Below are positions 49,294 to 62,108 of a stretch of 64,000 nt of DNA, piece after piece (positions within the stretch are counted from its first letter, which is position 1; each line of letters opens with the position of its first letter). The position numbers and the translations under genes are program-made. Source of the DNA: Chiloscyllium plagiosum. Lineage: Eukaryota. Below the pieces are notes generated by a model. The model was not told the DNA's origin and ran no database searches. It saw only the letters and a program-made list of their open reading frames with translations. Location of the stretch: assembly GCF_004010195.1 (NCBI RefSeq), contig NC_057718.1, positions 101,884,197 to 101,948,196 on the forward strand, read 5' to 3'.

Positions 49294-50284
49294 GTATGTG
49301 CTGTCAATTATTTAACCATTCGGTGTAATGATGAGCTAAGTGAGTCATTCCCGCCTGTCAATAATAAATAGCCCGTGCCACCCTTTGTCCTGGAATTTAC
49401 TTTAATTTAAAGCTGTGCATAGTTTTGTAAAGACTGAACGATGTAGTGTTTGTCTGAGGCTTCAGAATGTGTGATTGTTTTCCGGACAGCTGCTTAAACA
49501 AATTAATAAAAGCTCTTTGAAATGCACAAGTGCAAAAATATTTAATAAAACCTCAAAGAACGTCGGATGCTGGAAATCAGAAACAAAAACACAAATGGCT
49601 GGAAAAGTTCAGCAGGTCTGACAGCACCTATGAGCAGAAATCAGAGTTAATGTTTCAGATCCAGTACTGACCAAGGGTATTGCTGTAATGTAACTTTTTT
49701 TCTTCACTTCTCTAATCTGTACCAAAGGATTGTAGCTAGGTACCTTAATGGAACGTGTGGTGCTGGAAAAGCACAGCAGGTCAGGCAGCACCTGAAGAGC
49801 AGGAGAATCAATGTTTAGGCCAAGAGCCCTTCATCAGGATGGTGCTGGAAGTGGCGATGTATGAACTTTTCACTGTAGCCATTTGAGTACGTGTGACAAT
49901 AAAGCTAATTCAATTCAATTCACTGGACCAAAAATGTTGACTCTGGTTTCTTTCCACAGATGCTGCCAGACCTGCTGAGCTTTTCCAGCAATCTCTGTTT
50001 TCATTTGTGCAAAGTATTGATCCAATTTCAGGCATAGAGAGAACTTTGAAGCTGTCATTGAGAGCAGCAGTTTCTGTTTTTCCCACTACTTTGTCCTTGC
50101 CCGAGATTAATGGTTACTTTTTACTTGCTCCTTGAATAATTTCTTCATAACAGTCTTAAGATTGTTGCAAGTACAATTAAATCATGGTCCACTTCAGGAT
50201 ATCATTGAGGGGGAAGCCCTGGTGTGCCTTTGAGTGATATCAGTGATGGAATCTAATCGTCAGGAGTTTCATCAGTCTCTGTAT

Positions 50285-50603
50285 TAGATTAGATTAGATT
50301 ACTTACAGTGTGGAAACAGGCCCTTCGGCCCAACAAGTCCACACCGACCCGCCGAAGCGCAACCCACTCATACCCCTACATTTACCCCTTTAACCTAACA
50401 CTATGGGCAATTTAGCATGGCCAATTCACCTGACCCGCACATATTTGGACTGTGGGAGGAAACTGGAGCACCCGGAGGAAACCCACGCAGACATGGGGAG
50501 AATGTGCAAACTCCACACAGTCAGTCACCTGAGTCGGGAATTGAACCCGGGTCTCTGGCGCTGTGAGGCAGCAGTGCTAACCACTGTGCCACCGTGCCGC
50601 CCA
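50285..50603 (-). mobile_element. HE1-type SINE, young
   Basis: Intact A/B boxes, (TTAGA)n tail, gtatt/gtatc flanks. Confidence 0.92.
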
Positions 50604-50674
50604 CCGTATCTGTTGCTATTGATCGAAAATGATGTAAAGTGATCATTGTTTGATTTTCTGACATGTTTCTGCAG

Positions 50675-50764
50675 AATCTCACAGAAATCCAGGACTACCT
50701 GAATGTTGTGAGGGATGTGCGGCAGTCGATAAGCTGTGAACCCACAACCACGTTAAGCTGGGAG
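50675..50764 (+). CDS. BFSP1: Filensin-like exon 4
   Basis: tttctgcag acceptor; NLTEIQDYLNVVRDVRQSISCEPTTTLSWE versus NLLEVQTYISILQQI; donor GTAACC. Confidence 0.9.
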
Positions 50765-51332
50765 GTAACCTAAGTGCAGAAAGTTGTTGATCTCCAGGAT
50801 GTGGTCTAAGTCTGGGTACACTAGGTTACAGAACAAGTGAGGTTTAATCAAGGTTCTGTGTATATATACTAGACCAACACTTGTACATCGTGCACATAAG
50901 ACTCCGTGCTCGGCAATAGTTGAACCACTAGAATGAGGCCACTTTATTGATGTTAGTGATTCATAGAATCATAGAATTCCTACAGTGTGCAAAGAAGCCA
51001 TTCAGCCCATCAAGTTTACACTGACCTCTGAAGAGCATCCCACTCAGACCCACCCCACCTACACTATCCCTGTAAGCCTGCATTTCCCATGGTGAGAGCA
51101 GTTTAGTTTGGGATTATGCTCAGCATAGACTGGTTGGACCAAAGAGTCAGTTTCTGTGCTGCATGACTCTATGATCCTATGACGATCAAAAGGTTAAATA
51201 TCGGAAATGGGTTAATCTTACAACATTAGGGAGATACATTTCTTCTTTTTGGAATTTCTAAAACTTTAAATTTGAGGTAAGCCACATTTGGGAACATTTA
51301 TAGCCTCTTGTCTGTTCTTGTCCTTCTTACAG

Positions 51333-51437
51333 GGAGAAGAGAAGGAGCTGGTGGTGGACAGGGGCTCAGAAAAGGTATCTGGGTTAGACAACGGCGAGAG
51401 TGACCCCAGTCCATTAACGAGCCAGAAAGGGAATGAG
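51333..51437 (+). CDS. BFSP1: Filensin-like exon 5 (highly diverged)
   Basis: Strong acceptor cttgtccttcttacag; GEEKELVVDRGSEKVSGLDNGESDPSPLTSQKGNE; 105 nt, phase 0-0; donor GTCAGT; position and size fit exon 5. Confidence 0.72.
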
Positions 51438-53034
51438 GTCAGTTGGTGTATAAAAACATGACCAGGCAACCTAGACGATAGATCAATTGACCATCTTGAG
51501 GGGAACCCTGCGACGTTCTGCCTAGCTTCCTTTTCAGGTGGTTGTGCGTGTGTCTGTGCTCCGTCAGTTCTTAGTGTGTCTCCATCATCTCGGACCTTTC
51601 ACCATTGGAGGTCGTGTTGAAGTAATATGAGTTATGGAATTCGAACAGAGTATTTCAGGAAGTGCATTTTACATAGAAATCCTCCTTTCTCCCCACCTCT
51701 CAATATTTCTATCTCTTTAACTCTCATGGATTTGTCCTTTTACAGGAATAAATCACTTACGTCCATCACGTCCCGTGTTAGTGAGCCCTCCCTCCCATTC
51801 TAACCACTCTCCGAGTCCACCTTTTCTCCCTATTGAATTTAACAGCAACTATCCTGTACTTCAGACCTCCGGGCTTGGGATTCTGTCGCATGTAGAAGCA
51901 TTCTCTCAGTATCTATTCTGTCTGATCCATTCAGAATTTTACCAAACTCTGTTGGACCTCCTCAAAATCTGCATTTTTATAAAGGAAACTGTTCCACCCT
52001 CTTAATCACTGTAGCATCTTTGAGACGTCTTTGTATTTCTTTCTGGCGTTTTGATGGGGTTTTTTTTGTTACTGTTTGGGAATCCAAGTGCTCCATCAGA
52101 CTGAACATAAGTTTTGAGACAGCACTTGCATGATTTTAAGCCACTTTTTCAATGTTACAATCTCGGAAGTAAATCCCAGTGGATTTGTTTTCTTTGCAAA
52201 TAGGCAAGGAGAGAGATGAAAGATAAAATGTCGCACTTAGCAAATGCCAAGGATTAGACAATGGTCTGATTGGCAGTGAATGAGGGTAGGCTGACTCTGA
52301 AAGAGAGCTGCGGTATGTTGCTAGGCGATGTGGTGAGAGAGTTGTTACAAAAGCTGCCAAATTGCGGTGTTGGCCAAAACAGTGAAATGCAAGTAACACC
52401 CAGGTTATCCTATCATCAAAGGTTCAAGCAGCAGTAAAACGAGATTGTAACAATGTTGGAAAATTGGAATCTGAAGGACACTGGGCACCGGAACTTTAGG
52501 TTTATAAATTGTTTTATAAAGTTAAAGCTTTGGCTCCAATTTGCCATAGAAGTTAAGAATTTAAAGGACACTCTCACCTCTATTCAAGTGCAAACAGGAG
52601 AGGGAGTGGGCCATTCGACCCCTCAATCTGTTCAATAAGCTCATGGCTCAGCCTCACGTTCCCAATTAATCCCAATAACATAGACAGGAGCAGGATACCT
52701 GTCCAAGACCTTTAATCCGTTGAGTTGCACTGGGGGATTTCTGTGTGAGTCCAGTCAGGTGCTGGCCATTGCAGGCTTGCCCAGGGGGTAATTGTGGCAC
52801 TGCTTTGGGGCACGTTCACACAACCAATTCTCAGGTGCCACACCTGCCTGGCAAAGGTGCCAGTTCCCAACTTGTGGTACCCGATCTCTATTAAACAGCA
52901 GCGACATCAGTCCTGAAAGGCTTCATTGGCTGATGAAGCAGATCCTGAGGTCATAAAAGGTGCTACACAAATGTGGCTGGCATTGGAACGGTTGCTGGAT
53001 GTACATCATGAGGGCATCTCTGAACAGCCTGGTT

Positions 53035-53512
53035 TGATTTACAAGGATGTTACCAGGGTTGGAGGGTTTGAGCTTTAGGGAGAGGCTGAATGGGCAAAAG
53101 CTATTTTCCCTGGACCATTAGAAGCTGAGAGGTGACCTTATAGAGATTTATAAAATCATGAGGGACAATGTCTTCCCCGGGCTGGGGAGTTCAAACTAGA
53201 GGGCAAAGATTAATATGGGAGAGGAATGAGCGCCAGGGACCCAGGTTCGATTCCACCCTCGGGCGACTGTCTGTGTGGAGTTTGCACATTCTCCCCGTGT
53301 CTCCCCCGTTTCCTCTGGGTGCTCCAGTTTCCTCCCACAGTCCAAAGATGTGCAGGTTGGGTGAATTGGCCATGCTAAATTGCAAATAGTGTTCAGGGAT
53401 ATGTAGCTTAGGTGTATTAGTCAGGGGTAATGTAATATGGTAGGGGAATAGGTCTGGGTGGGTTACTCTTTGGAGGGTCGGTGTGGACTTGTTGGGCTCT
53501 TAGGGATTCTAT
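53035..53512 (+). mobile_element. CR1 3' fragment joined to a 5'-truncated HE1-type SINE
   Basis: CR1 sequence to about 53225, then B box GGTTCGATTCC and SINE core. Confidence 0.8.
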
Positions 53513-54234
53513 GGTTTAACTGCCTGTGTGCCATTGGCCTGGGGCAGCGAGGGGCTGGAGAGGTTAATGAAGGTTGGTTTGATATTTGCTGCTATACTCC
53601 TTGGCCTGTGTTCACATGAAATGCTTCTGCCTCCTTCCTAGCTCATAGCCAGTTCTATTTAACCATCAGTGCCCTCTGTGCTCTCTGACCTACATTAGCT
53701 CCTGATTTTAACACCCAGCCTTTACGCATTGCAATCCAACCACCGCCTACCCGCCTCTGCCAAACCTCTGTAATCTCTCTGCTAATTCCCATCTCTTGAG
53801 CTGCCCCAGTTTCAATTTCTTCACCATCAATGTACATGTCTTCAACGGCCTGAGGGCCTCAAGCTCTAGAATCTACTGAAGGCTGAGGGAGTTAGATTTT
53901 CGATAGGCAAGAGAGGTAAAGGCAGTGGGTCATTAGAGAGTGGGTGGGGGGAGGTGGAGCAGGTCAGGGGTGGAGCTAAGGTACATCTGGATCAACCAGG
54001 ATTTTATTAAATGGTAGAACAGCTTGGAAGAACAATCCCATGATTTTAATTCCCTACATCGCTCTGATTCAGCCTATCTCTTTCCTTCTTTAAGACACTT
54101 CTTAAAACCTACCTTTGTTATCAAGTCACCTGTCCCTCGGAGCTCAGTGATTTGGTGTTAAATTCTGTTGGACAATCTTCTCATTTTCTTTTTATTCATT
54201 CATGGGACGTGGGCACTGCTGGCTCCATACCTAG

Positions 54235-54520
54235 AATCATAGAATTCCTACAGTGCGGAAGCAGGCCATTCGGCCCATCGAGACCACACCAATCCCTCTA
54301 GGATCATCCCACCCAGATCCACCCCCCCCCCTACCCTAACCCTGTAACCCTGCATTTCCCATGGCTGATCCACCTAACCTGCACATCCCGGGACACCATA
54401 GGCAATTCCCGTGGCCAATCCAAATTAATCTGCACATCTTTGGATTGTGGGAGGAAACTGGAGCACCCGGAGGAAACCCACGCAGACACGGGGAGAATGT
54501 GCAAACTCCACACAGACAGT
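54235..54520 (-). mobile_element. HE1-type SINE fragment inserted in a LINE 3' fragment
   Basis: SINE core and tail; host repeat resumes at about 54521. Confidence 0.8.
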
Positions 54521-56106
54521 GGCTGGTCCAGCATTTATTGTCTATTCCTAATTGTCTACTTTGAGAAGGTGGGGGTGAGCTGCCTTCTTGAACCGCTGCA
54601 GTCCCTGTGCTCTAGGTAGATCCACAATGCACTTAGGCAGGGAATTCCCAAATTTTGATCCAATGCCAAAGAAAGAACGGCGATATATTTCCAAGTCTGG
54701 ATGGTGAATGCCTTGAGTGGAACTTGTAGGGGTGTGTTTTCCCATGTACCTGCTGCCCTTCTGAATGTTAGAGGTCATTAATTTGGAAGCATTTTATTGT
54801 GCTAAAGGTACTATCTAAATGCAAATTGCTTTTGTGACGAATTTTGTAGTAGATGGCATCATGCAACATTGGACCCATACAGCATGATCTCAAATTGCCT
54901 TTATCCCATCTAATTTCTCATTGTTGCAAATACCTTGAGAGCTTCTATTTGTCTGTTTTGCATGTGTACGTAACTCCTGATTCAGGACCTACTAAAGACT
55001 GTTAAAATGATTATTGTTTTCATAATGTTTCATAGAAGCATTGCAGTTATTAAAAATGGCATTGGCAAACTATATCAGCTTATCGCCTGTGGGTGGAGTG
55101 TTAGCTCTTGGATGGTCAGGCAGCATTAATGTATCAACTGGCAACTGTTCTTTCAATCTCTGGGCCACCAGGCAGCAGCATCATCCCACAATGTGGGCTC
55201 CAGTCCAGTTCTCATTATTATGAGAGGGGCATAATAATTCTGCTTTTGTTCTACAATGAAAGATTAAATACATCTTCTGTCAGATAATGCCACCTGGAGT
55301 TTGTTTTATGATCGTGTAAAGGTCAGCGCTACACGGTTTTAGCCCTTGTGGATCAACATCAGGCTCCCTGTGGGAGCAACTTGTGCTGTGAACAGCTGAG
55401 ATTAGGGCCACACAATGACTGGTTTCTGGCGATGGATTAGGATATTTCATGGACTCGTCAAAGAAACAATGGGTTGATTTTCCTTCGGGTGAACTACCAC
55501 AGGATTTAAAAAGAACCAAGGAGTATTTTTTTTGAATGAGCTGGTCGGGTCCTAAGGTACATTGCTGCTGGACTGGTAAGTAAAAAAACCACAGGTTCCT
55601 GGGATGGGAGTGCGTGCTCAGTTACCTTAAGAGGTAAGACTTGACCCTGTATTCATTGGAGTTTAAAAGGACGAGAGATGATCTTAACAAAATAAGTAAG
55701 AAGATCCTGAGGGGATTGGATAGGATTAATACTGAGAGAATATGTGAGAGACTGGAACTAGGAGGCACTGTTTAATAAACAGGAGCCTTTTTCTGGTTCT
55801 GACAGAGATAAAGAGGTCTCTGCTCTCCCAGGATTGTGATTCTTTGTAACTCTCTTCCTCAGTGAGCAGTGGTCATCAAATATTTTTAAATTAGAGGTCG
55901 ATAGATTCTGGGCTAAAGGGGGAGTTAAACATTTTTAGGAGTAGGAGAAACAGTAGAGTTTAGGCCGCAATGTGATCAGCCATGAATTTATTGAATGGTG
56001 GAGCATGCTCGAGGGGCCGAATGGCCTCCACCTGCTCCAAACTTGTATTTTTACACATATGTGATGATAAATACTTAATATTACTTCAATCTCATTGCAT
56101 GAAAAG

Positions 56107-56327
56107 ACAACAACAGTGGAGCAGCCAACTGCCAACATGCATGGAGGTGAGCTAGATCAGATGCAATCACACAGGGAGCAAATTGAGGTCTTGAAGAAAA
56201 AGTTGGGAGAAGTTGAGAGGAATTTGGAACAATGTGTCAACGAGTGTCGATGTGTTGTCATGTATCAGCAGTCGCTGGATGATGAACTGGAGAGTTACAA
56301 GAGATTTATAGCAAATGAAGATTCCAG
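56107..56327 (+). CDS. BFSP1: Filensin-like exon 6 (coil 2 and rod end)
   Basis: TTTVEQ..EQIEVLKKKLGEVERNLEQCVNECRCVVMYQQSLDDELESYKRFIANEDSR; 221 nt, phase 0-2; weak aag acceptor; donor GTGCGT. Confidence 0.93.
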
Positions 56328-56454
56328 GTGCGTAATGGGACTTTTCAGTACCTTTACAATTGTCCAGAAAAAATTACCTAAAAGTAGGAATCCAATATAA
56401 AGTGGATCTTGGGGTCCAAAAAGTGAAACTGTGTTATCATTTAATAAGACTGAT

Positions 56455-56733
56455 TAGAATCCCTACAGTGTGGAAACAGGCCATTCAGCCCACACTAGCA
56501 TCCCACCCAATCCCTATTTTTCCCATGGCTAACCCACCTAGCCTGCACGTCAGGGGCAATATAGCATTACTAATTCACCTAACCTGCACATCTTTGTGTG
56601 GGAGGAAACTGGAGCACTCAGAGGAAACCCATGCAGACACAGGGAGAATGTGCAAACTCCACACAGACTCAAGGGTGGAATCGAACCTGGGTCGCTGATG
56701 CTGTTAGGTAGCAGTGCTAACCACTGAGCCACC
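56455..56733 (-). mobile_element. HE1-type SINE
   Basis: Reverse-complement A/B boxes and core. Confidence 0.85.
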
Positions 56734-57539
56734 CAGCTTCTTTTTTTTAAAATCAGCAAAATGTAGAATTAAATTAATATTTGCCTCTTTTGTGACCCCT
56801 GTGGTATAAATGAATTTGCTGTATATTGAATAGTGATTACAATAGACATCCAGGTATTAGTTTTGCCTTACAGCATCAATGTATAATGCTTAGTTTTCAT
56901 TGCATATGAACTTCTTGAGATTATTTCTGAAGTAGTGGAGACTTTATTCTACTGTGAAATGTAACTGTTTAATCAATTTTGTTTTCATCAAAAGCGGGAA
57001 GATACTGTCGAATGATCCCTTGTAAGGGGTCTGCATGATATTGTTAAATAGCTTGTCAGCTCCAATTATATTTATATAGCACTTTTAATTGATAAATTGC
57101 CCCAAGGTTCTTCACAGGAAGATTGTAGAAGAAAGTATGGCACTGCTGCAGTTAAGCAGAGATTAGGTCAGAACACCAAGTGCTTGAGATAGATTTTAAG
57201 AGGGGAATCTTTAAGGAGGAAGAGAAGATGGTGAGGCAGAGAGATTTAGAAAGGGAATCCCAGAGATAAGAAGGGTCACTGGACCTGAAAAGTTAATTCT
57301 GACTTCTCTCCATAGTTGCCACCTGAATGGCTGAGATTTTCCAGCAATTTCTGTTTTTGATTCAGATTTCCAGCATTCACAGTTCATCCAGCTTTTTTTT
57401 TTGCCCAGAGATTCAATGGCGCAGTGATGACATTCAGGGAGACCCAACAGGCCAGAGGCCTCCTTCCAGAAGGACAAGAGTAAGGTTTTAATTAGCACTC
57501 CATCCATACCTTCTACATTCGCACCTTCCACAACATCGA

Positions 57540-58140
57540 ACATAGAACATTACAGCACAATGCACACCCTTTGGCTGTTGATGCTGTACCAATCTGTGGA
57601 AACAATCTGAAGCCTACTTATCCTGCCCAATGACCATTTAAATGCCCTTAAAGTTGGCGAGTCTCCTACTGTTGCAGGCAGAGTGTTCCATGCCTTTATT
57701 ACCCTCGGAGTAAAGAAACTACCTCTGACATCTGTCCTATATCTATCACTCCTCAATTTAAAGCCGTGTCCCCTCGTGCTCGCCGTCACCATCCAAGGAA
57801 AAAGACTCTCACTGTCCACCCTATCGAACCCTGTGATTATCTTATATGTATTGAAAATGTGTTGCTGGAAAAGCGCAGCAGGTCAGGCAACATACAAGGA
57901 GCAGGAGAATCGACGTTTCGGGCATGAGCCCTTCTTCAGCGTCCTGAAGAAGGGCTCATGCCCAAAATGTCGATTCTCCTGCTCCTTGGATGCTGCCTGA
58001 CCTGCTGCGCTTTTCCAGCAACACATTTTCAGCTCTGATCTCCAGCATCTGCAGTCCTCACTTTCTCCTAGAAGACATTATCGTATATGTCTCAATTAAG
58101 TCACCTCTCAACCTTCTTCTCTTTAGTGAAAACAGCCTCA
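57540..58140 (-). mobile_element. CR1 3' fragment with nested palindromic family 1 insertion (about 57850-58076)
   Basis: TSD attatc(t/g)tatatgt at 57836-57849 and 58077-58090; intact minus-strand hammerhead core CTGAAGA..GGGC tcat GCCC GAAAC GTC at about 57907-57941. Confidence 0.85.
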
Positions 58141-58789
58141 TGTCCTCATAACCTGGCACACATTGGCAGCAGTGTGCACCATCTACAAGATGCATTGCAA
58201 TATCTCACCCAGGCTCCTTTGAACATCCCAAACCAGTAATCTCAACCACCTAGAAGGACAACAGCAGCAGATATATGGGAACACCACCCCCTGCAAATTC
58301 CCTCAAAGCCACTCCTCATCCTGACTTGGAAATATGTTGCCATTTCTTCACTGTCGCTGGGTCAAAATCCTGGAATTCCCTCCCTAAGATCAGCACATGG
58401 ACTACAGTGGTTCAGGAAGGCAGCTCACCCCCACCTTCTCAAGGGCCAGCGAAGGATGGGTAATAAATGCTGGGCCCAGCCAGGAAAATCCACATCCTGT
58501 GAATAAAAAGGGAAAACAAATCTTGGAGGGTTTCCAGTCAGAACTAAGAGAACCCTGGCCATGAAGGGTATTTGAGAGAATTTTAATATCAAAACATTGC
58601 TCAAGCAGAACCCAATGTATTTGCAGATGCATTCTATTTTGTTCAAAACACACACAATTTGTAGTCACAGTCAGTCAGCGTCTTATAAATTCCAGCTTTC
58701 AGAATAAAACCAGCCTGATTCCAGGTTAAAACTCTTGAGACAGATTCTGAACAAAGCCTCACACCCACAATACAGTGTCTGACCGATAT

Positions 58790-59115
58790 GTCACTTTTTG
58801 TATATTGCTATCGCTCTGCTTGATTGTCATAATAGCACAGCACTGACATTGACTTTATAAACACTTTACACACCATCGAATGCTCTGGGTCACCTGCAGA
58901 CACTCGACTCATACCAGTTGTATGATCTTCTGATCTCTCTGCCCTTGATGTCTCTGCGTATGAACCCAGTGACTGTGTCTCTGTGTCTCTCCGCACCTGA
59001 CGAAGGGGCAACACTCTGAAAGCTTGTGATTTCAAATCAACCTGTTGGACTATAACCTGGTGTTGTGTGACCTCTGCCTCTGTCCACCCCAGTCCAACAC
59101 TGGCACCTCCACATC
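58790..59115 (+). mobile_element. Family 2 Penelope-derived 3' region with degenerate hammerhead
   Basis: CAC CTGACGA ... GAAAGCTT GTG at about 58994-59028 followed by gttggactataacctggtgttgtg. Confidence 0.6.
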
Positions 59116-59604
59116 AGAACCCAGTGTAGGTCAGCAGCACAGGGTGTGATGGGTGAAAGGTTCTTGTTGTGAGTTAAGAAACCAGTGACAGAATTCTGAG
59201 AAATAGTTAAACAGTTTATAACGAAGCCTGTAAAAAGCTATAACATCTTCCAAGGTCTGTTAGGTAGATTTCTGATATAAAATGAAACCTGAGCGCCTCT
59301 CACTCTCTGCAGGAATGTGTGTTGTTTAAATTTTCAGGAGTCACATTCAGGTAACAGTCTCCTATTTACTTTACATTGCCTCTTTCCTGTTCACTGGACT
59401 GACCCCAAGCTGTGAGAATGGGATCATTTGGTCATTAATTAAAATGCTACCCTTGCCTTGCGATATTAGTTCTGCAGGGATTGTCCACTCAGCCATGGCT
59501 TGACCTTCCAAACACACTTGGCCCATTCGGCTGCTACGTGTTGCAGGCTCTGACTCAGTTGACACATGGAGCTGAGAGAACAAGCTCAATAGTTGGAGAT
59601 TCTC

Positions 59605-60065
59605 ACTCTGGCCGATCGTCCAACTCAATGGCCTAATCCTGCTTTCTCCCCATAACCTTTGATCCCATTCGCCCCAGGTTCTGCATTTGGCCACCTCTTG
59701 AATACACTCAATGTTTTGGCATCAGTTACTTCCTGGGGTAATGAATCCCACAGACTCCCCACTCTCTGGGTGAAGAAATATCTCCATCCTAAATGGCCCA
59801 ACCTGAATCCTGACTGTGACCCCTTGTTCTGGGTGCATCCACAATCGGGATTATCCTCCCTGCATCTACCCTGTCTAGTCCTGTTGAATTTTATAAGTCT
59901 CTATGAGATTCCCCCTCTCACTTGTCTGAACTCCAGTGAAAACAATCCTAACTGAGTCAATCTCTCATCATACCTCAGTTCCACCATCCCCGGAATCAGC
60001 CTGGGAAACTTTCACTGCTGTCCCTTGAGAGCAAGAGCATCCTTCCTCAGAAAAGGAGACCAAAA
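59605..60065 (-). mobile_element. CR1 3' fragment
   Basis: WSPFLRKDALAL and CR1 3' region sequence. Confidence 0.8.
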
Positions 60066-60356
60066 CCCTTCTTCTACAACAGCACCTGAACACAATGTAA
60101 CAACAGCCACCATGCATAAGACCTGGAATATTGTGGAAAAAAGCCCAAGGTGTTTGCAGACTGAATGGTTGTGGGCACTGGGTATTGGCAGTAAGGGAGT
60201 AAAATTATCTGGCACTGTCACCCCTCTGAGGGTTTGCAAATTATTGAGGAAGTTGATGGAACATGATTTTCCTAGACCTCTCCTGCTGCATGTTAAAGAG
60301 ACCTGCCAATAATTAATTCTTATTCAACCATTAATCTGATATATCTCACTTTTCAG

Positions 60357-60439
60357 ATCACAACCCACTCCAACTAAGGCAACCGCAATGTCAGCGAGCA
60401 GTCGTTATGACAACACAGAGGTCTCACCTGTGGGCAAAG
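60357..60439 (+). CDS. BFSP1: Filensin-like exon 7
   Basis: ctcacttttcag acceptor; (R)SQPTPTKATAMSASSRYDNTEVSPVGK(D); 83 nt phase 2-1 restores frame into exon 8 and ends GK-D as in filensin; donor GTCAGA. Confidence 0.78.
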
Positions 60440-61375
60440 GTCAGATGCAAATTTGCATGTAATCAAAAGTTAAAGTTTTTAACGTATCAGGAGACTCTGC
60501 AGTCACTTTTGTTTCATCCTGATGGTGACGGAATCTGGAATTATTCTGTTATACTTTTTGAAAGAGGAGGCAGCTTTCAACACTTTGAAAAGAATCCAAA
60601 GCCATTATGTTTGGGTGATTTTATAAACGGGTTTGACTTTTGAGAGATTCAGCAAGAGGAAAAACATTTCTTCATTCATACACATGGCATAGATATCCCT
60701 GACTGTAATTTTGAAGGACATTCAATGGACCCAAATTGTGAACTCTGCTTTCTCTCCACAGATGCTGCCTGACCTGCTGAGTTTCTCCAGCAATTTGTGT
60801 TTTAGCTTTAGCATTTATTGCCTGCCCCTAATTGTCCTTGAGAAGGTGGTGATGAGCTGCCCTCTTGAGCTGCTGCAGTCTGTGTGCTGTAGGTAGTGCT
60901 ATTAGAGTGGGAATTCTCGGACGTTTGAACCAGTAACACTGAAGGAACAACGATACGTTCCAAGTCAGAATGGTATGTAACTTGGAGGGGAGCTTGCAGG
61001 GGCTGCTGGTACCATGGATGACCAGGCAGCAAAGGGGCAACTTTAAAAAAAAGATCCTTGACACTTTACGACATACAAAAGCAATGAATAGATTTGTAAC
61101 TTTACGGAACTGCATTGAGATTCCTTGAGGGTGGAGGATGGGGAAGCAGTGGATCAGACGAGGGGTAGAGGTTTTGACCTCCATTATGAAAGTACTGGGG
61201 ACAGGATACTTTTCACCTTTGGCCATGCCCAGCTTGACCAGGTTGGGGTTTGTGAGTGGGGGTGAGGGAACCGGGGGAAAGGTGAGTAGAAGTGGAGACC
61301 CTATCCCAGGATCAGATATTGAAAATAATGCTAACCTGGTCTTGCCCTTCTCTCTCCCTGTTGACAACCAAGTAG

Positions 61376-61730
61376 GGCAGCATGATGGCTTAGTGGTTAG
61401 CATTGCTGCCTCACAGAACCAGGGACCCGGGTTCAATTCCAGCCTCGGGCAATTGCCTATGTGGAATTTGCATGTTCTCCCCGTGATGGCATGAGTTTCG
61501 TCTGGTTGCTCTGGTTTCCTCCCACAGTCCAAAGATATGCAGATTAGGGTGGATTGGCCATGCTAAATTACCCATAGTGTCCAGAGGTATATAGGTTAGG
61601 TGTGTTAGCCATGGGAAGTGTAGGGTTACAGGGAAAAGAGTAGGGAGATGGGTCTAGGTAGGATGTTCTTCGGAGGGTCAGTGTGGTCTTATGTGACTTA
61701 ATGGTCTGTTTCCACACTGTGGGGATTCCA
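61376..61730 (+). mobile_element. HE1-type SINE
   Basis: A/B boxes and core. Confidence 0.88.
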
Positions 61731-62108
61731 TGGAAGTAAGTACAGATACCTGTCACTCTTCAGTGAATTCTATAACAAAATAGATTCTCAAAACTCCTGA
61801 AATGCCTCCAGTTCCCTGCTGCTGGGTGCCAGTGTTGAGTATAAATGTATATTGAGAAAATGTTAGGTATTTTCCTCACTGCTATGACATGACTAACTCT
61901 TGATGTGTTATAGGAGAGGGTTTATCACAAGAATCATAAAGGTTTTCACTGATGCCATTTTAGGATAAAGATATGTGCCTGACTGATTCAGTAATGGTCG
62001 TCCTACCAATATGTTCGCTTTAAGTTTGCTTAGATTTAACTGAAGATTTGTTGAACAGCACTCTCAGCTAATAAGTCAGTTAAAAAAATGGCATTCTATT
62101 TTTGTTAG

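Noticed and set aside
60828-61532. 234-aa minus-strand ORF
   Set aside because: Runs across a SINE and a LINE 3' fragment; no coherent domain
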